This document shows positions 48,551 to 58,180 of a stretch of DNA of 64,000 nucleotides, in pieces (positions within the stretch are counted from its first letter, which is position 1; each line of letters starts with the position of its first letter). Under the pieces are notes generated by a model. It searched no databases. It saw only the letters and a list, made by a program, of their open reading frames with translations, and had not been told where the DNA came from. The stretch is from positions 160,001 to 224,000 of the forward strand of contig CAWBNQ010000005.1 in NCBI GenBank assembly GCA_963790205.1. The letters run 5' to 3'. The stretch comes from Nitrospirota bacterium (GTDB lineage Bacteria > Nitrospirota > UBA9217). A program made the translations under genes and the position numbers.

Positions 48551-49669
48551 TCATGGCTCAAGGTCCCTCTTGAACTTGCGCGCGGCCAGAAAGATCATCA
48601 GTCCGCAGAAAAAAGTGAGTGCTAAAAACGGTCCGCCGAGTTCAATTAAGCTCGATCCTTTTAAGAACGTGTCTCTGGCAATCAGCATAAACCATCGTGC
48701 CGGCAGGATCATCGTGAAGTACTGAAAGAAGGCAGGCATGCTCGCGATAGGGAAGATAAAGCCGGAGAGCAGGTTCGACGGCAGATAGCCGGTTATCATG
48801 GACAACTGCATGGCGATCGTCTGTTTACGGGTCACCACGGAGATCAAAAGCCCCTGGGCCAGATAGGTCACGAGAAACAGCAGGGCGCCCAGGCCGAAGA
48901 CCCAAAGGCTTCCCACAAAGGGGATGCCGAATACGGTCCTTGCAATGACATACACGAAGACCACGGCGATGATCCCGAGAATACCGTAGGGAGCAAGCTT
49001 GCCCACGATGATCTCGAGGGGCTGCACGGGCGTGGACAGGAGCAGCTCCATGGAGCCGTTCTCCCACTCCCGCGCCACGGTGAGCGCGGTCAGGAGGATC
49101 GAGAGGATCGACATCACCACGACCGTAAGTCCGGGGATCACGAACCACCGGCTGTTCAGCTCGGGGTTGAATAAAAACCTCGTCCGGAGTTCATAGGGGG
49201 GAGTCGGATCAAAATTGCCGATCCGTCGCGAGGCGATATTCTCGATACTGCCCACATACCCCAGCACGGGGCCGACGGTGGAGTTGTCGGAGCCGTCGAC
49301 CAGGACCTGCGCCTCCGCACCCCTGCCGCTGAAGAGGTCCTGCTCAAAGCCCGGGGGAATGATCAGAACTGCGCGCGCCCGCTCCGCGGACACGTCGGTC
49401 GTCCCCTCACGAGGGGAAGAAACGCGATGGACCAGGAAGTAATCGGAACTGCCGAAGGTGTCGAGCAGCCTCCGGGAACTCTGCGATTGGTCCGAATCGC
49501 TCACCGCAAGGGCCACGTGCTTCACGTTGAACTCGATGGCGACGCCGAACATGACTACCATGAAAACCGGCAATGCCAGCGCGGCCCCGAGGGTCGCCGG
49601 GTCCCGAAGGATGTGATAGACTTCCTTCCTCGCCACCGCGACGGCCCTGCGCCAGACAAAGCTGCTCAT
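48551..49669 (-). CDS. ABC-2 permease (YbhS-like)
   Basis: RKEVYHILRD, VDGSD, FNPEL.S.WF..PG, AREWENGSME.L.STP. Confidence 0.9.
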   Translation of the reverse strand: MSSFVWRRAVAVARKEVYHILRDPATLGAALALPVFMVVMFGVAIEFNVKHVALAVSDSDQSQSSRRLLDTFGSSDYFLVHRVSSPREGTTDVSAERARAVLIIPPGFEQDLFSGRGAEAQVLVDGSDNSTVGPVLGYVGSIENIASRRIGNFDPTPPYELRTRFLFNPELNSRWFVIPGLTVVVMSILSILLTALTVAREWENGSMELLLSTPVQPLEIIVGKLAPYGILGIIAVVFVYVIARTVFGIPFVGSLWVFGLGALLFLVTYLAQGLLISVVTRKQTIAMQLSMITGYLPSNLLSGFIFPIASMPAFFQYFTMILPARWFMLIARDTFLKGSSLIELGGPFLALTFFCGLMIFLAARKFKRDLEP

Positions 49670-50589
49670 ACTGTCTTCCCCTCCACGGTCCGGATGAACA
49701 CATCCTCAAGAGACGGTTTGATCCTTTTGATCGTGAATTTCTTCTCGAAGTCGTTCCGAACCGCTTCCCATGCGGCTTCGCTTTTGATCGCGGCGTGAAA
49801 CCGGAGGCCGTAGGGTTCGAAAAAAAGAAACACGTCATGCCGGGCAAATGCGGACACTTCGGCAAAGCTGAGAGACCCCCGGGGATCGAACTCGAGCATG
49901 GGCGTTGAAAAGGTCGCGGTTTTGAGCCCTTCCGGCGAATCAAGTGCGATGATCCTGCCCTCCCGCATGAGGGCGATCCTGTCGCACTGTTCCGCTTCAT
50001 CCATATAATGGGTGGTCACGAAGACCGTTTTTTTCCTGTGGGCAAGCTGGCGGATGAGCTGCCAGAAGCGGCTGCGCGATGCGGGCGTGACGCCGGCCGT
50101 GGGTTCATCGAGGAATATGATCTCCGGGTCGTGCAAAAGCGCTGCGGCGAGCGACACCTGCTGCTTCGTCCCTCCGGACAGGTTGCGGACGATCGTATTG
50201 AGGGGCTTGTCGAAAGAGATGAAGTCGAATAATTCCTTGCGCCGCTGTGCATAGGTCTCTTTTTCCAGTTTCCTGAGGCTCGCCATGAAGTTCAGGTTCT
50301 CCTCGACGGTCATGTCGTTGTAGAGGGTGAATTTCTGGGACATATACCCGACCTTGGATTTGACCTCCTGTTCGTTGTGGTCGAATCTTATCCCTCCTAC
50401 GCTTACCGAGCCTTCGGACGGCCGCAGGAGGCCGCAGAGCACCCGGATCGTGGTCGTCTTGCCCGCGCCGTTCGCGCCGAGAAACCCGAAGGTTTCGCCG
50501 CGTCGGACCGTGAAGGAAATCCGGTCCACGGCAATGAAATCCCCGAAGCGGACCGAAAGGCCGTCCACTTCCACTGCCAGGTCATTCAT
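49666..50589 (-). CDS. ABC transporter ATP-binding protein
   Basis: GANGAGKTT, GYMSQKF, LSGG, FLDEPT, TTHYMDEAE. Confidence 0.92.
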   Translation of the reverse strand: MNDLAVEVDGLSVRFGDFIAVDRISFTVRRGETFGFLGANGAGKTTTIRVLCGLLRPSEGSVSVGGIRFDHNEQEVKSKVGYMSQKFTLYNDMTVEENLNFMASLRKLEKETYAQRRKELFDFISFDKPLNTIVRNLSGGTKQQVSLAAALLHDPEIIFLDEPTAGVTPASRSRFWQLIRQLAHRKKTVFVTTHYMDEAEQCDRIALMREGRIIALDSPEGLKTATFSTPMLEFDPRGSLSFAEVSAFARHDVFLFFEPYGLRFHAAIKSEAAWEAVRNDFEKKFTIKRIKPSLEDVFIRTVEGKTV

Positions 50590-51316
50590 GGGTATTTCTC
50601 CGGAGGAAAAGTTCATCAAAGCTTGCCACTCCCTCTGATGCCAAGAGCTCCCGCGGCTCGCCGGCAGCGACGAGTTTCCCCCGCTCCAAAAGATGGACGC
50701 GCCCGCACCGCTCCGCTTCGTCCATATACGCCGTAGTCACAAGGATCAGGATCTGCTGGTCCAGGAGGCGGTACAAAAGTTCCCAGAATTCCCTGCGGCT
50801 GATCGGGTCGACTCCGGTCGTGGGTTCATCGAGCAGCATGACCCGGGGCGACCGCAACAGCGCGCACATGAGACCCAGCTTCTTATACATCCCTCCTGAA
50901 AGCTGACCCGCAGGCCGCCCGATGAATTCGCTTAGCCTTGTGATACGAAGGAGTTCGTCGCGTTTCTGCTCATAAAGCTCGCGCGGTATCGCGTAAAGCT
51001 CTTTGAAAAAATCAAGGTGCTCGCCGATGGAAAGGTCGGCGTAGAGGCTTTGCGTCTGCGGCATGTACGCAACAGCAGGACGGACGCTTTCGAAGTCAAT
51101 ATGCTCATCCCCGCGAAAGTAGGAAACCGTGCCTTCCGTGGGTTTGAGCAGGCCGAGCAGGATGCGCAAAAGCGTGGTTTTCCCCGAGCCCTCGGGCCCG
51201 ATTACGCCGTGCATGAGCCCGGATGAGAAGTCGAGGCTCATTGCGTTCAAGGCAGGGTTCCTACCGAATACTTTTGTAACGCCCTGCACGGAAATGGAAA
51301 TAGGCATTGGTGACAT
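50582..51316 (-). CDS. ABC transporter ATP-binding protein
   Basis: GPEGSGKTT, YMPQ, LSGGM.KKL, LLDEPTTGVDP.SRREFW, TAYMDEAE; start reassigned to 51316. Confidence 0.9.
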   Translation of the reverse strand: MSPMPISISVQGVTKVFGRNPALNAMSLDFSSGLMHGVIGPEGSGKTTLLRILLGLLKPTEGTVSYFRGDEHIDFESVRPAVAYMPQTQSLYADLSIGEHLDFFKELYAIPRELYEQKRDELLRITRLSEFIGRPAGQLSGGMYKKLGLMCALLRSPRVMLLDEPTTGVDPISRREFWELLYRLLDQQILILVTTAYMDEAERCGRVHLLERGKLVAAGEPRELLASEGVASFDELFLRRNTHE

Positions 51317-51355
51317 GGCTACCGTTATGACTCGGAAAAGCAAAACCAAAAGCAT

Positions 51356-51494
51356 GAACCGCGAAGGCGCAAGGGACGCAAAGGAAATCTTTTTTTTGGT
51401 CTTACATCCGGAAGTATTTCTTAGGCTTTTCCTTCGCGTTCTTCGTTTATGGCCGCGCATACGCAAGTGCAGGCTACGCCTTCGCGTTAAAAGT
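51356..51494. repeat. 9-nt-periodic palindromic element
   Basis: AACCGCGAAGGCGCAAGGGACGCAAAG ... CTTCGCGTTCTTCG [insert] CGCCTTCGCGTT. Confidence 0.7.
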
Positions 51495-51504
51495 TTTTTC
51501 TCCC

Positions 51505-52254
51505 CTACTTCGGCAGCTTCACTTCGATCGTCATGCCGGGTTTCAGGATCTCCTGCTCGTTCGAGCCCAGGAAGCTCACTTTCACGCCGAACACGAGGCG
51601 CTCGCGCTCGGACCGCGTCTGCACGTTCTTGGGCGTGAATTCGGCCTCGTCGTTGATCTTGATGAGCTTCCCGTCGAATTCCCGGTTGTTCAGTTCGGGC
51701 AGATATCCCTTGAGCGTCATGCCGACCTGGAGTCTTGAAACCTCCGGCTGGGGAACGTAGATAAAGGCCCAGATGTCCCGGATGTTCGCCAGGGTCAGGA
51801 GCTTCGTCCCGGGATTCACCCATTCCCCCGGCTCATGATACCTGCTCAGGACCACGCCTGAGATCGGCGATTCGACGGAACACCAGCCAAGACGCACGTC
51901 CGCGTCCTCTTTTCTGTTCTTGACCTGGTCCATGATTTCCTGCGAAGAAGTCCCGGCCTTAAAAAGACCAAGGGTCCGCCGGTAGTTGTCGTTCGCCAGT
52001 TCCGAGGCGACCTTCACATCTTCGCAGGCAAGCACGATCAATTCCTGGTCATCCGTCACGTGGTCGCCTTCCTGGACGTTCACTGCTTTGATCGCAGAGG
52101 ATATGCGGGCGGATAAATCCACCTTGGTCGCCTCGAGGGTCCCGGCGTAGAGAAACTCGCCGCGGAAGAACAACAGCTTCGCCGCGATCGCGGCGGCGAT
52201 GGCGATCGCGGCCGCAACAAGGATTATTTTAAGCTTTTTCTTCTTATCGGTCAT
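51505..52254 (-). CDS. HlyD/YbhG-like membrane fusion protein
   Basis: N-terminal TM, V.EGD.V, SPISGVV, AEFTPKNVQT..ER..LVF.VK, LKPGM. Confidence 0.9.
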   Translation of the reverse strand: MTDKKKKLKIILVAAAIAIAAAIAAKLLFFRGEFLYAGTLEATKVDLSARISSAIKAVNVQEGDHVTDDQELIVLACEDVKVASELANDNYRRTLGLFKAGTSSQEIMDQVKNRKEDADVRLGWCSVESPISGVVLSRYHEPGEWVNPGTKLLTLANIRDIWAFIYVPQPEVSRLQVGMTLKGYLPELNNREFDGKLIKINDEAEFTPKNVQTRSERERLVFGVKVSFLGSNEQEILKPGMTIEVKLPK

Positions 52255-52975
52255 CACGGGGGTCCCTTCCTGCTTTTTTATTTGCCGGCTGCTTCGCAAT
52301 GATCCCGTCTGTGAAGATGCGAAGCGTCTGTCGGATCCAATCATTGCGGTACTTTTCGTCCGAAAGCGAATGACCGGAAAACTCCTTTACCAGCTTGTCG
52401 TTTCTCGTCTGATGGATAATAGTGCTCATCAGGAATCCCGCCGCGGAAGAGGGTTTGACGTCAACAGCCACGATCCCCTTTTTCGCGGACAGAGCAAAAA
52501 ACTCCCTTAGTTTCTCCGCGTGCTTTAAAAGAGTGTTCAGATACATTTTTTTGTTTTTTGAGTCCGACAGCTCGACATCCCGTTGGATCAGGCGGATAAT
52601 ATCCCTCTGCCTGATCATCGTTTCGAGCGTCTGCCGGAGAAAGATCTCCAGGCGCACCTTGAAGTCGTCGATATTCCGGGGGGGCTGGAGCGTTTTTCTC
52701 GCAAAATCCAGCCGTTCCGTGGCAAACTGTTCGATGATATGATGGTAAAGGTTCTCTTTCGAGCCGAAATGATAATGGATGGCGGCGATGTTCACGCCGG
52801 CCGCTTCGCAAATATCCTTGGTCGACGTGCCGTCATACCCCTGAGCGGCGAAAAGACGGGTGGCGGTGGAAAGGATGCGGCTTGCGGTATCCCCGCGGGA
52901 AGACCTTTCCCGTATGCCGCCTGTCGTCGTTTTCCCGCTCCGTTTATGAGCAGCCCTAGCGTTGCCGGTTTTCAT
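52244..52975 (-). CDS. TetR family regulator (CecR/YbiH-like)
   Basis: RILSTA..LFA..GY.GTS..DI...AGVN.AAI.YHFGSKE.LY helix-turn-helix. Confidence 0.92.
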   Translation of the reverse strand: MKTGNARAAHKRSGKTTTGGIRERSSRGDTASRILSTATRLFAAQGYDGTSTKDICEAAGVNIAAIHYHFGSKENLYHHIIEQFATERLDFARKTLQPPRNIDDFKVRLEIFLRQTLETMIRQRDIIRLIQRDVELSDSKNKKMYLNTLLKHAEKLREFFALSAKKGIVAVDVKPSSAAGFLMSTIIHQTRNDKLVKEFSGHSLSDEKYRNDWIRQTLRIFTDGIIAKQPANKKAGRDPRDDR

Positions 52976-52981
52976 AGTCTC

Positions 52982-53047
52982 AGCATAACACAGGTATATG
53001 ATAAATTCAAGTCTTTGATTGACTTTTTCAATTAGTCATTCTATACT
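52982..53047. promoter_or_regulatory. Back-to-back divergent sigma70 promoters with a candidate TetR operator
   Basis: Minus: TTGAAT-17-TATGCT (53010-52982). Plus: TTGACT-17-TATACT (53019-53047). TGACT-N9-AGTCA dyad overlaps the plus -35. Confidence 0.7.
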
Positions 53048-53091
53048 TGATGCATCGTATAAACCGCATGCGTCCGGACCGGGGTACAACC

Positions 53092-54600
53092 ATGAATAAA
53101 ATCCATTTGTTCAAAAAGCTGACCGCGGCTGTGAGTGTCAGCCTGCTGTGTTACGGATGCCTTGCAGGCCCCAATTATCACACGCCTGAAACCCCGGGTA
53201 CGACTACTTACACGTCGACCCCCTTCCCAGCCGAGACCGCATCAGTACCGGGACCCGGCGGCGCGGCACAGCGCCTCGCGCTCGGCCGGGAGATCCCCGC
53301 AGCGTGGTGGACGCTGTTTCACTCCGTTCCCTTGGACCGGCTGATCAGGCAGTCTCTCATGGACAACCCGACGCTCGCCGCGGCGCAGGCAACGCTCCGC
53401 CAGTCGCACGAGGCGTTCAATGCCCTCGTCGGCTCGGTCCTCTATCCCAAAGTCGACGCGAGCGCCTCGGTTTCCCGGGAGAAAATATCAGGCGCAGCCA
53501 TGGGTCAGCCGCAGCTCGTGATAAGCCCCTTCACGCTCTATAATGCCTCCGTGAGCGTATCCTATGCGCTCGATCTTTTCGGCGGCGCGCGGCGCGAGCT
53601 GGAAGCGCTGCGATCCCAGGTCGATTTTCAGCGCTTTCAGCTTGAAGCGGCCTATCTCACGATAACGGCCAACATCGTCACCACGGCGGTACGGGAGGCG
53701 TCCCTTCGCGCGCAGATACGGGCCACACAGGAGGTCGTGGCGGCGCAGGAGAAGCAGCTCGAGCTGGTAAAATTGCAGTTCCGGCTGGGCGGCGCGGTCC
53801 GCACCGACGTGCTCGCGCAACGGGCGCAGCTGGCGCAGACGCGAGCGACCCTGCCGTCCCTGAACAAGGAGCTCGCGCAGGCCCGCCATCTCCTGGCGGC
53901 TCTTGCCGGCCGGCTGCCCGGCGAAGCCGCGGGGCTGCCCGAGTTCGACCTCGACGGACTGGCGCTGCCGGAAGAGCTGCCGGTGAGCCTTCCGTCATCG
54001 CTGGTGCGCCAGCGCCCCGACATCCGCGCATCGGAAGCGCTGCTGCACGCGGCAAGCGCGCAAATAGGCGTGGCGACCGCGAACCAATACCCGCAGCTCA
54101 ACCTTACCGGCAGTTTCGGGTCACTGACGACCACAGGAGGCACCCTGCTCTCCAACGGAACGGGCGTGTGGAGTATTGGCGCGGGCCTGCTCCAGCCCGT
54201 TTTTCACGGAGGGGAGCTCTCGGCCAAGCGCCGTGCCGCCGTCGCGGCGTACGACCAGTCGGCGGCCCAGTACCGCGCCGTTGTTCTGCAGGCGTTCCAG
54301 AACGTGGCCGACGTGCTGCGCGCGCTTGAAGCGGATGCTGATACTCTCAAGGAGCAGGCAATCGCCGAAGACGCCGCGCGCGACACGCTCGACCTTACCC
54401 AGAAGCAGTTTCAATTGGGCGCCGTAAGTTACCTCTCGCTGCTCAATGCCGAACGGCAGTACCAACAGGCGCGGATCGGCCTCGTTCAGGCGCAGGCCGC
54501 GCGCTTCGCAGACACGGCTGCGCTGTTCCAGGCGTTCGGAGGCGGCTGGTGGAACCGCGCTGCGAATGCCGATGGCGCGGCGACGACAAGGAAGGATTGA
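53092..54600 (+). CDS. Outer membrane efflux lipoprotein (NodT/OprM family)
   Basis: Lipobox YGC, WW.LF, NP.L, LDLFG, RPDIR, FQNVAD.L, GGGW. Confidence 0.92.
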   Translation: MNKIHLFKKLTAAVSVSLLCYGCLAGPNYHTPETPGTTTYTSTPFPAETASVPGPGGAAQRLALGREIPAAWWTLFHSVPLDRLIRQSLMDNPTLAAAQATLRQSHEAFNALVGSVLYPKVDASASVSREKISGAAMGQPQLVISPFTLYNASVSVSYALDLFGGARRELEALRSQVDFQRFQLEAAYLTITANIVTTAVREASLRAQIRATQEVVAAQEKQLELVKLQFRLGGAVRTDVLAQRAQLAQTRATLPSLNKELAQARHLLAALAGRLPGEAAGLPEFDLDGLALPEELPVSLPSSLVRQRPDIRASEALLHAASAQIGVATANQYPQLNLTGSFGSLTTTGGTLLSNGTGVWSIGAGLLQPVFHGGELSAKRRAAVAAYDQSAAQYRAVVLQAFQNVADVLRALEADADTLKEQAIAEDAARDTLDLTQKQFQLGAVSYLSLLNAERQYQQARIGLVQAQAARFADTAALFQAFGGGWWNRAANADGAATTRKD

Positions 54601-54718
54601 GCATATGAATTGTAATCACGTTAAGAACGCTGTTGTTAGGCTCCTCTCCCCTGCCGGTTGTCCGAGCATGATGAATTCGTAATCTAAAAATACTCCTCTT
54701 CTTCTGCGTGAAATTACA

Positions 54719-54747
54719 TTGCACCGAAAAAATTAAACCTCTATAAT
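54719..54747 (+). promoter_or_regulatory. Putative sigma70 promoter of the thermonuclease gene
   Basis: TTGCAC-17 nt-TATAAT. Confidence 0.6.
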
Positions 54748-54817
54748 AAAATCACCAGCACAAAAAACCGCACTTGACCTTTGCTCATGCCTTAAGCCTC
54801 AAGGAAGGAGACTGCAA

Positions 54818-55423
54818 ATGGCACATCAGGGAAGTTCGCATTGGAGAACCCGGCCCCAATCAGTCACTGCTGCTGAAGGCAACGGACTTTTCTTATGTGG
54901 AAGCATTTATTTCGTCTCACTCGTTATCTATCTTATCGCCTCTTCCCTGCTGTCCTGTCAACAAGCCGATGCCCAATCAAAACAGAATGAAGCGCGGGTC
55001 ATAAAGGTGTACGACGGCGATACGGTCCTGCTCCTGATGGACAACAAAACCTATCTCACGCGCCTCATCGGCTTCGACGCGCCTGAAATGGGCCAGGAGC
55101 CCTGGGGCGAAAAAGCGCGGGAACATTTGCGGACCATGTTAAAGGGTTCCGGATGGAACGTGTCAGTGGAAACGGGCCTTGAACAATACGACAAGTACGA
55201 CCGGCTCCTCGTCTATCTATGGACGATGGACAAGACCTTCATCAACGAGAAGATGCTCGCTGACGGATATGCTGTCCTGTTCACGTTCCCGCCGAACACC
55301 AAGTACGTTGATCTGTTCAGAAAGGCCCAGCGCAATGCACGAGAGAAAAAGAGCGGGATATGGGGACCGGATGGATTGAAGGAAAGGCCGGTGGAGTACA
55401 AAAAGAAACATCCGCGGGAGTAA
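54818..55423 (+). CDS. Thermonuclease (SNase-like), membrane-anchored or lipoprotein
   Basis: VYDGDT, RLIGFDAPE, DKYDRLL.Y, N..ML..GYA, PN.KY, GIW. Confidence 0.9.
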   Translation: MAHQGSSHWRTRPQSVTAAEGNGLFLCGSIYFVSLVIYLIASSLLSCQQADAQSKQNEARVIKVYDGDTVLLLMDNKTYLTRLIGFDAPEMGQEPWGEKAREHLRTMLKGSGWNVSVETGLEQYDKYDRLLVYLWTMDKTFINEKMLADGYAVLFTFPPNTKYVDLFRKAQRNAREKKSGIWGPDGLKERPVEYKKKHPRE

Positions 55424-55858
55424 AGAATCCGTCTTTCCGGAACGCTCCGGCCCTTACATCCCTCCCCGAGAACAGTCTTGTCTTTCGCAACGATATCCTG
55501 TTGCCTAAAACGCCTTTTTCATATATAGTCGTCGAAGAAAGGGGCTTGCGGAGCAGTCCGGAATCGCCGCTTTTACTCCAGCATCTCCTGCGACCGCTAA
55601 CACGCCCCCTGCCTTCCGAAGCGAATATCATTTGAAATCCCACAGACTGTAGACTGTGGCACACAACGGCTTAGTCCAGCCAGCTTCTTTCTGTGTAATA
55701 CGCTCAGCAAGAAACCTAAGCAGTATATCCAGTTCGGGAAATCAAGAACACCGAATTGGAAAAGTTTGTCATATCATAAACCGGGTTCCTTATAGTCAAT
55801 AACTTGTTAGGCGTTGACAATACCCACATCAGGGTAAATTCAGGGGAGGGAATAGATA

Positions 55859-56179
55859 ATGTTGAAAATAATTTTCGGATTACTTTTTCAAGCGGCAGGT
55901 TACGGTTTTATTTATGCCATGCTCCATGCAAGCGGGAACGAAGGATTTATTTTTTTCGGGCTCGGTGCTGCGGGCTCTGTCGGCGGCCTTATTCTCTTTC
56001 TCTCAGGGCTGCGCGAATATTTCCTTGATGGCATTCACAATGAGCTAAAAATAATTTCCGGCACCGGCAGAACGGTTTTCAAGGCCTATAAAAAATGTAC
56101 TTCCTGTGCCGAGATGGTCCGGGCCGATGCGAAGGTTTGCCGATTCTGCGGCCGCGAAGATTTCATAACGCAACCTTAA
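55859..56179 (+). CDS. Small membrane protein with a C-terminal zinc ribbon
   Basis: Two TMs, then KKCTSCAE.V...AKVCRFCG. Confidence 0.8.
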   Translation: MLKIIFGLLFQAAGYGFIYAMLHASGNEGFIFFGLGAAGSVGGLILFLSGLREYFLDGIHNELKIISGTGRTVFKAYKKCTSCAEMVRADAKVCRFCGREDFITQP

Positions 56180-56341
56180 TTAAAACTACATCCGGCAGAA
56201 TCGCAGTGCGAGACAAACAAAATCTAGGTGACGTTGATACCCAGCGTGCTTTCCGAGGGCGGATTCGAACCAGCGGATCGCGTGGGTCGCCGAGAAACGC
56301 GTCTTACATCCGCGCCGTTAACGTACAAAACGAAAGGGAAA

Positions 56342-57757
56342 ATGATGACACCACATTTAATTCAAATACTCACATTGATGATTGCCGCAGTGTCTATAGG
56401 TGCCTTTGTTTTGTTGAGACTTCTGAACAAAGAGCAGAAAAAATATAAAGAATTATTCGATAAGTATAAAGGTGTCGTTGATCTTGATTCCGAAAAAGAA
56501 AAAATTAAACTTGAAATAGAAAAACTAACAAGCGAAAGAACGGATTTTTTAAAAGGGTTTAATGATAAAAAGTCAAAATTGGAAAGCGATTACAATCAAG
56601 CCAACGAAATATATCAAAAACTAAAGACAGAAAAGAGCCGACTGGAAGAAGACATTGAAGTAATGGAATTCGGTGTATATAAGCCACATTTTGAATTTAA
56701 CTCATCCGAGGACTATAGGAAAAAAGTTTTGGACATTGTGGAAAAACAAAAGGATTTGATAAAACAAGATAAAGGAACACATTGCCCAACAGAATGGACC
56801 GTTGGAGGGAGCAAAAGTGAAGGTAAAAAGATGGTTCGGAACGAGTCAAAGCTAATGCTTCGAGCATTTAACGGAGAGTGCGATTCAGCCATTCTGAAAG
56901 TTCGATGGGATAATGTTTTAAAGATGGAAGATAGAATTCGGCATGCCTTCGATACGATAAACAAGACGGGTGAAACAGTAAATACGTCCATTACCCAGGA
57001 ATACTGTGCTTTGAAGATCGAGGAACTCAGGCTGTCTCACGAACTCCAGATAAAAATTAGAGAAGAAAAGGAAGAGCAAAAGAGAATACGTGAAGATATG
57101 CGAGAAGAAGAAAAGGCCAGAATCGAAATCGAAAAGGCAAAAGATGAGGCGGAAAAAGAAGAAACCCGGTATCAAAAGGCGCTTGAAAAAGCGCGAGAAG
57201 AAATTTCTAAATCAAGTGGCGCAGAAAGTGAAAAGCTAATTGGAAAAATTACAGAGTTGGAAAGAAAACTTGAATTAGCCCGACAAGAAAAGGAGAGAGC
57301 GATATCAAGAGCTCAACAAACGAAATCAGGCCATGTTTATATTATTTCAAACATAGGATCATTTGGTGAGAATGTATTCAAAATTGGAATGACAAGAAGA
57401 TTAGAGCCTATGGATCGCGTGGAAGAACTAGGAAATGCTTCGGTACCATTTGAATTTGATGTGCACGCAATGGTTTATTCAGAAAATGCTCCTGATTTAG
57501 AACATGAATTTCATAAATATTTTGATAGTAATAGAATTAATTTGGTAAATAATAGGAAAGAATTTTTCTCTCTGGGCATTGAAGAAATAGAAAAGTGGGC
57601 TTTAGAAAACAAACTGGAAATTAGCCTGACGAAGTTAGCGGAAGCAAGAGAATATAGGGAAACAATCAACAAAAGAATAGTCGATAAAGGAACTGCAAAA
57701 AAAATTGAAAGTACAAATGAATTTCCAAAAGATTTAACAAAAATATTTACAAATTAA
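56342..57757 (+). CDS. DUF4041 + T5orf172/GIY-YIG-like domain protein (AT-rich)
   Basis: N-terminal TM, coiled coil, KLMLRAFNGECD, GHVYIISNIGSFGENVFKIGMTRRLEPMDRV.ELG.ASVPF.FDVHA, N.VN.RKEFF. Confidence 0.88.
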   Translation: MMTPHLIQILTLMIAAVSIGAFVLLRLLNKEQKKYKELFDKYKGVVDLDSEKEKIKLEIEKLTSERTDFLKGFNDKKSKLESDYNQANEIYQKLKTEKSRLEEDIEVMEFGVYKPHFEFNSSEDYRKKVLDIVEKQKDLIKQDKGTHCPTEWTVGGSKSEGKKMVRNESKLMLRAFNGECDSAILKVRWDNVLKMEDRIRHAFDTINKTGETVNTSITQEYCALKIEELRLSHELQIKIREEKEEQKRIREDMREEEKARIEIEKAKDEAEKEETRYQKALEKAREEISKSSGAESEKLIGKITELERKLELARQEKERAISRAQQTKSGHVYIISNIGSFGENVFKIGMTRRLEPMDRVEELGNASVPFEFDVHAMVYSENAPDLEHEFHKYFDSNRINLVNNRKEFFSLGIEEIEKWALENKLEISLTKLAEAREYRETINKRIVDKGTAKKIESTNEFPKDLTKIFTN

Positions 57758-57779
57758 GGGAACAAGGGAACCATTAGGG

Positions 57780-58180
57780 CCGTTACGTCGCCGAGCATGT
57801 TGAAACGGGGCAATGCGTCCCGGTCGATCTTGAGCAGGCCGTCCCGGTCGGCGATCAATGTGATCTTGCCCTCTTTCGGCTCGCCCTGTATAGCCACCTC
57901 TTCTCCCATGAGGGCCTTTGCAAGGGCATAGGCGGCATCATCCTCGTGCATCTCGTCAAGGGCAACATCCAGCACGAACAGGTGCTCCTTGCCAATCTGT
58001 TTCAAACGGGGGATGTCGTCGAGCCGGACCACATGCCCCTTCTTGAAGGCCCGGTCCTTGAACTCGTCCCTCCCGTATCTCGGTCACGTCGTGCGCATGG
58101 ACCATGCCGACCGACTCCTCGACCGGAATGGTCCCGGTCTCCGAGCTTGCCGTATGGTGATGCTCATGCTCATTGCACAT
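57780..58180 (-). pseudogene. Frameshifted, truncated molybdopterin-binding (MoeA-like) gene
   Basis: HDVTEIR, then a 1-nt shift to EFKDRAFKKGHVV..IGKEHLFV..HEDDAA..EPKEGKI.L.A..DGLL. The homologous frame ends near 57780 with no C-terminal Moco domain. Confidence 0.75.

Noticed and set aside
51317..51823. N-terminal extension of the 413 aa ABC ATPase ORF
   Set aside because: It runs through the HlyD gene and a palindromic repeat; the ATPase domain starts near 51316.
54630..56330. Integron cassette array (GTTAGGC near 54635 and 55806 upstream of accessory genes)
   Set aside because: No matching RYYYAAC directly after the stop codons, no convincing attC hairpins and no integrase in the window.
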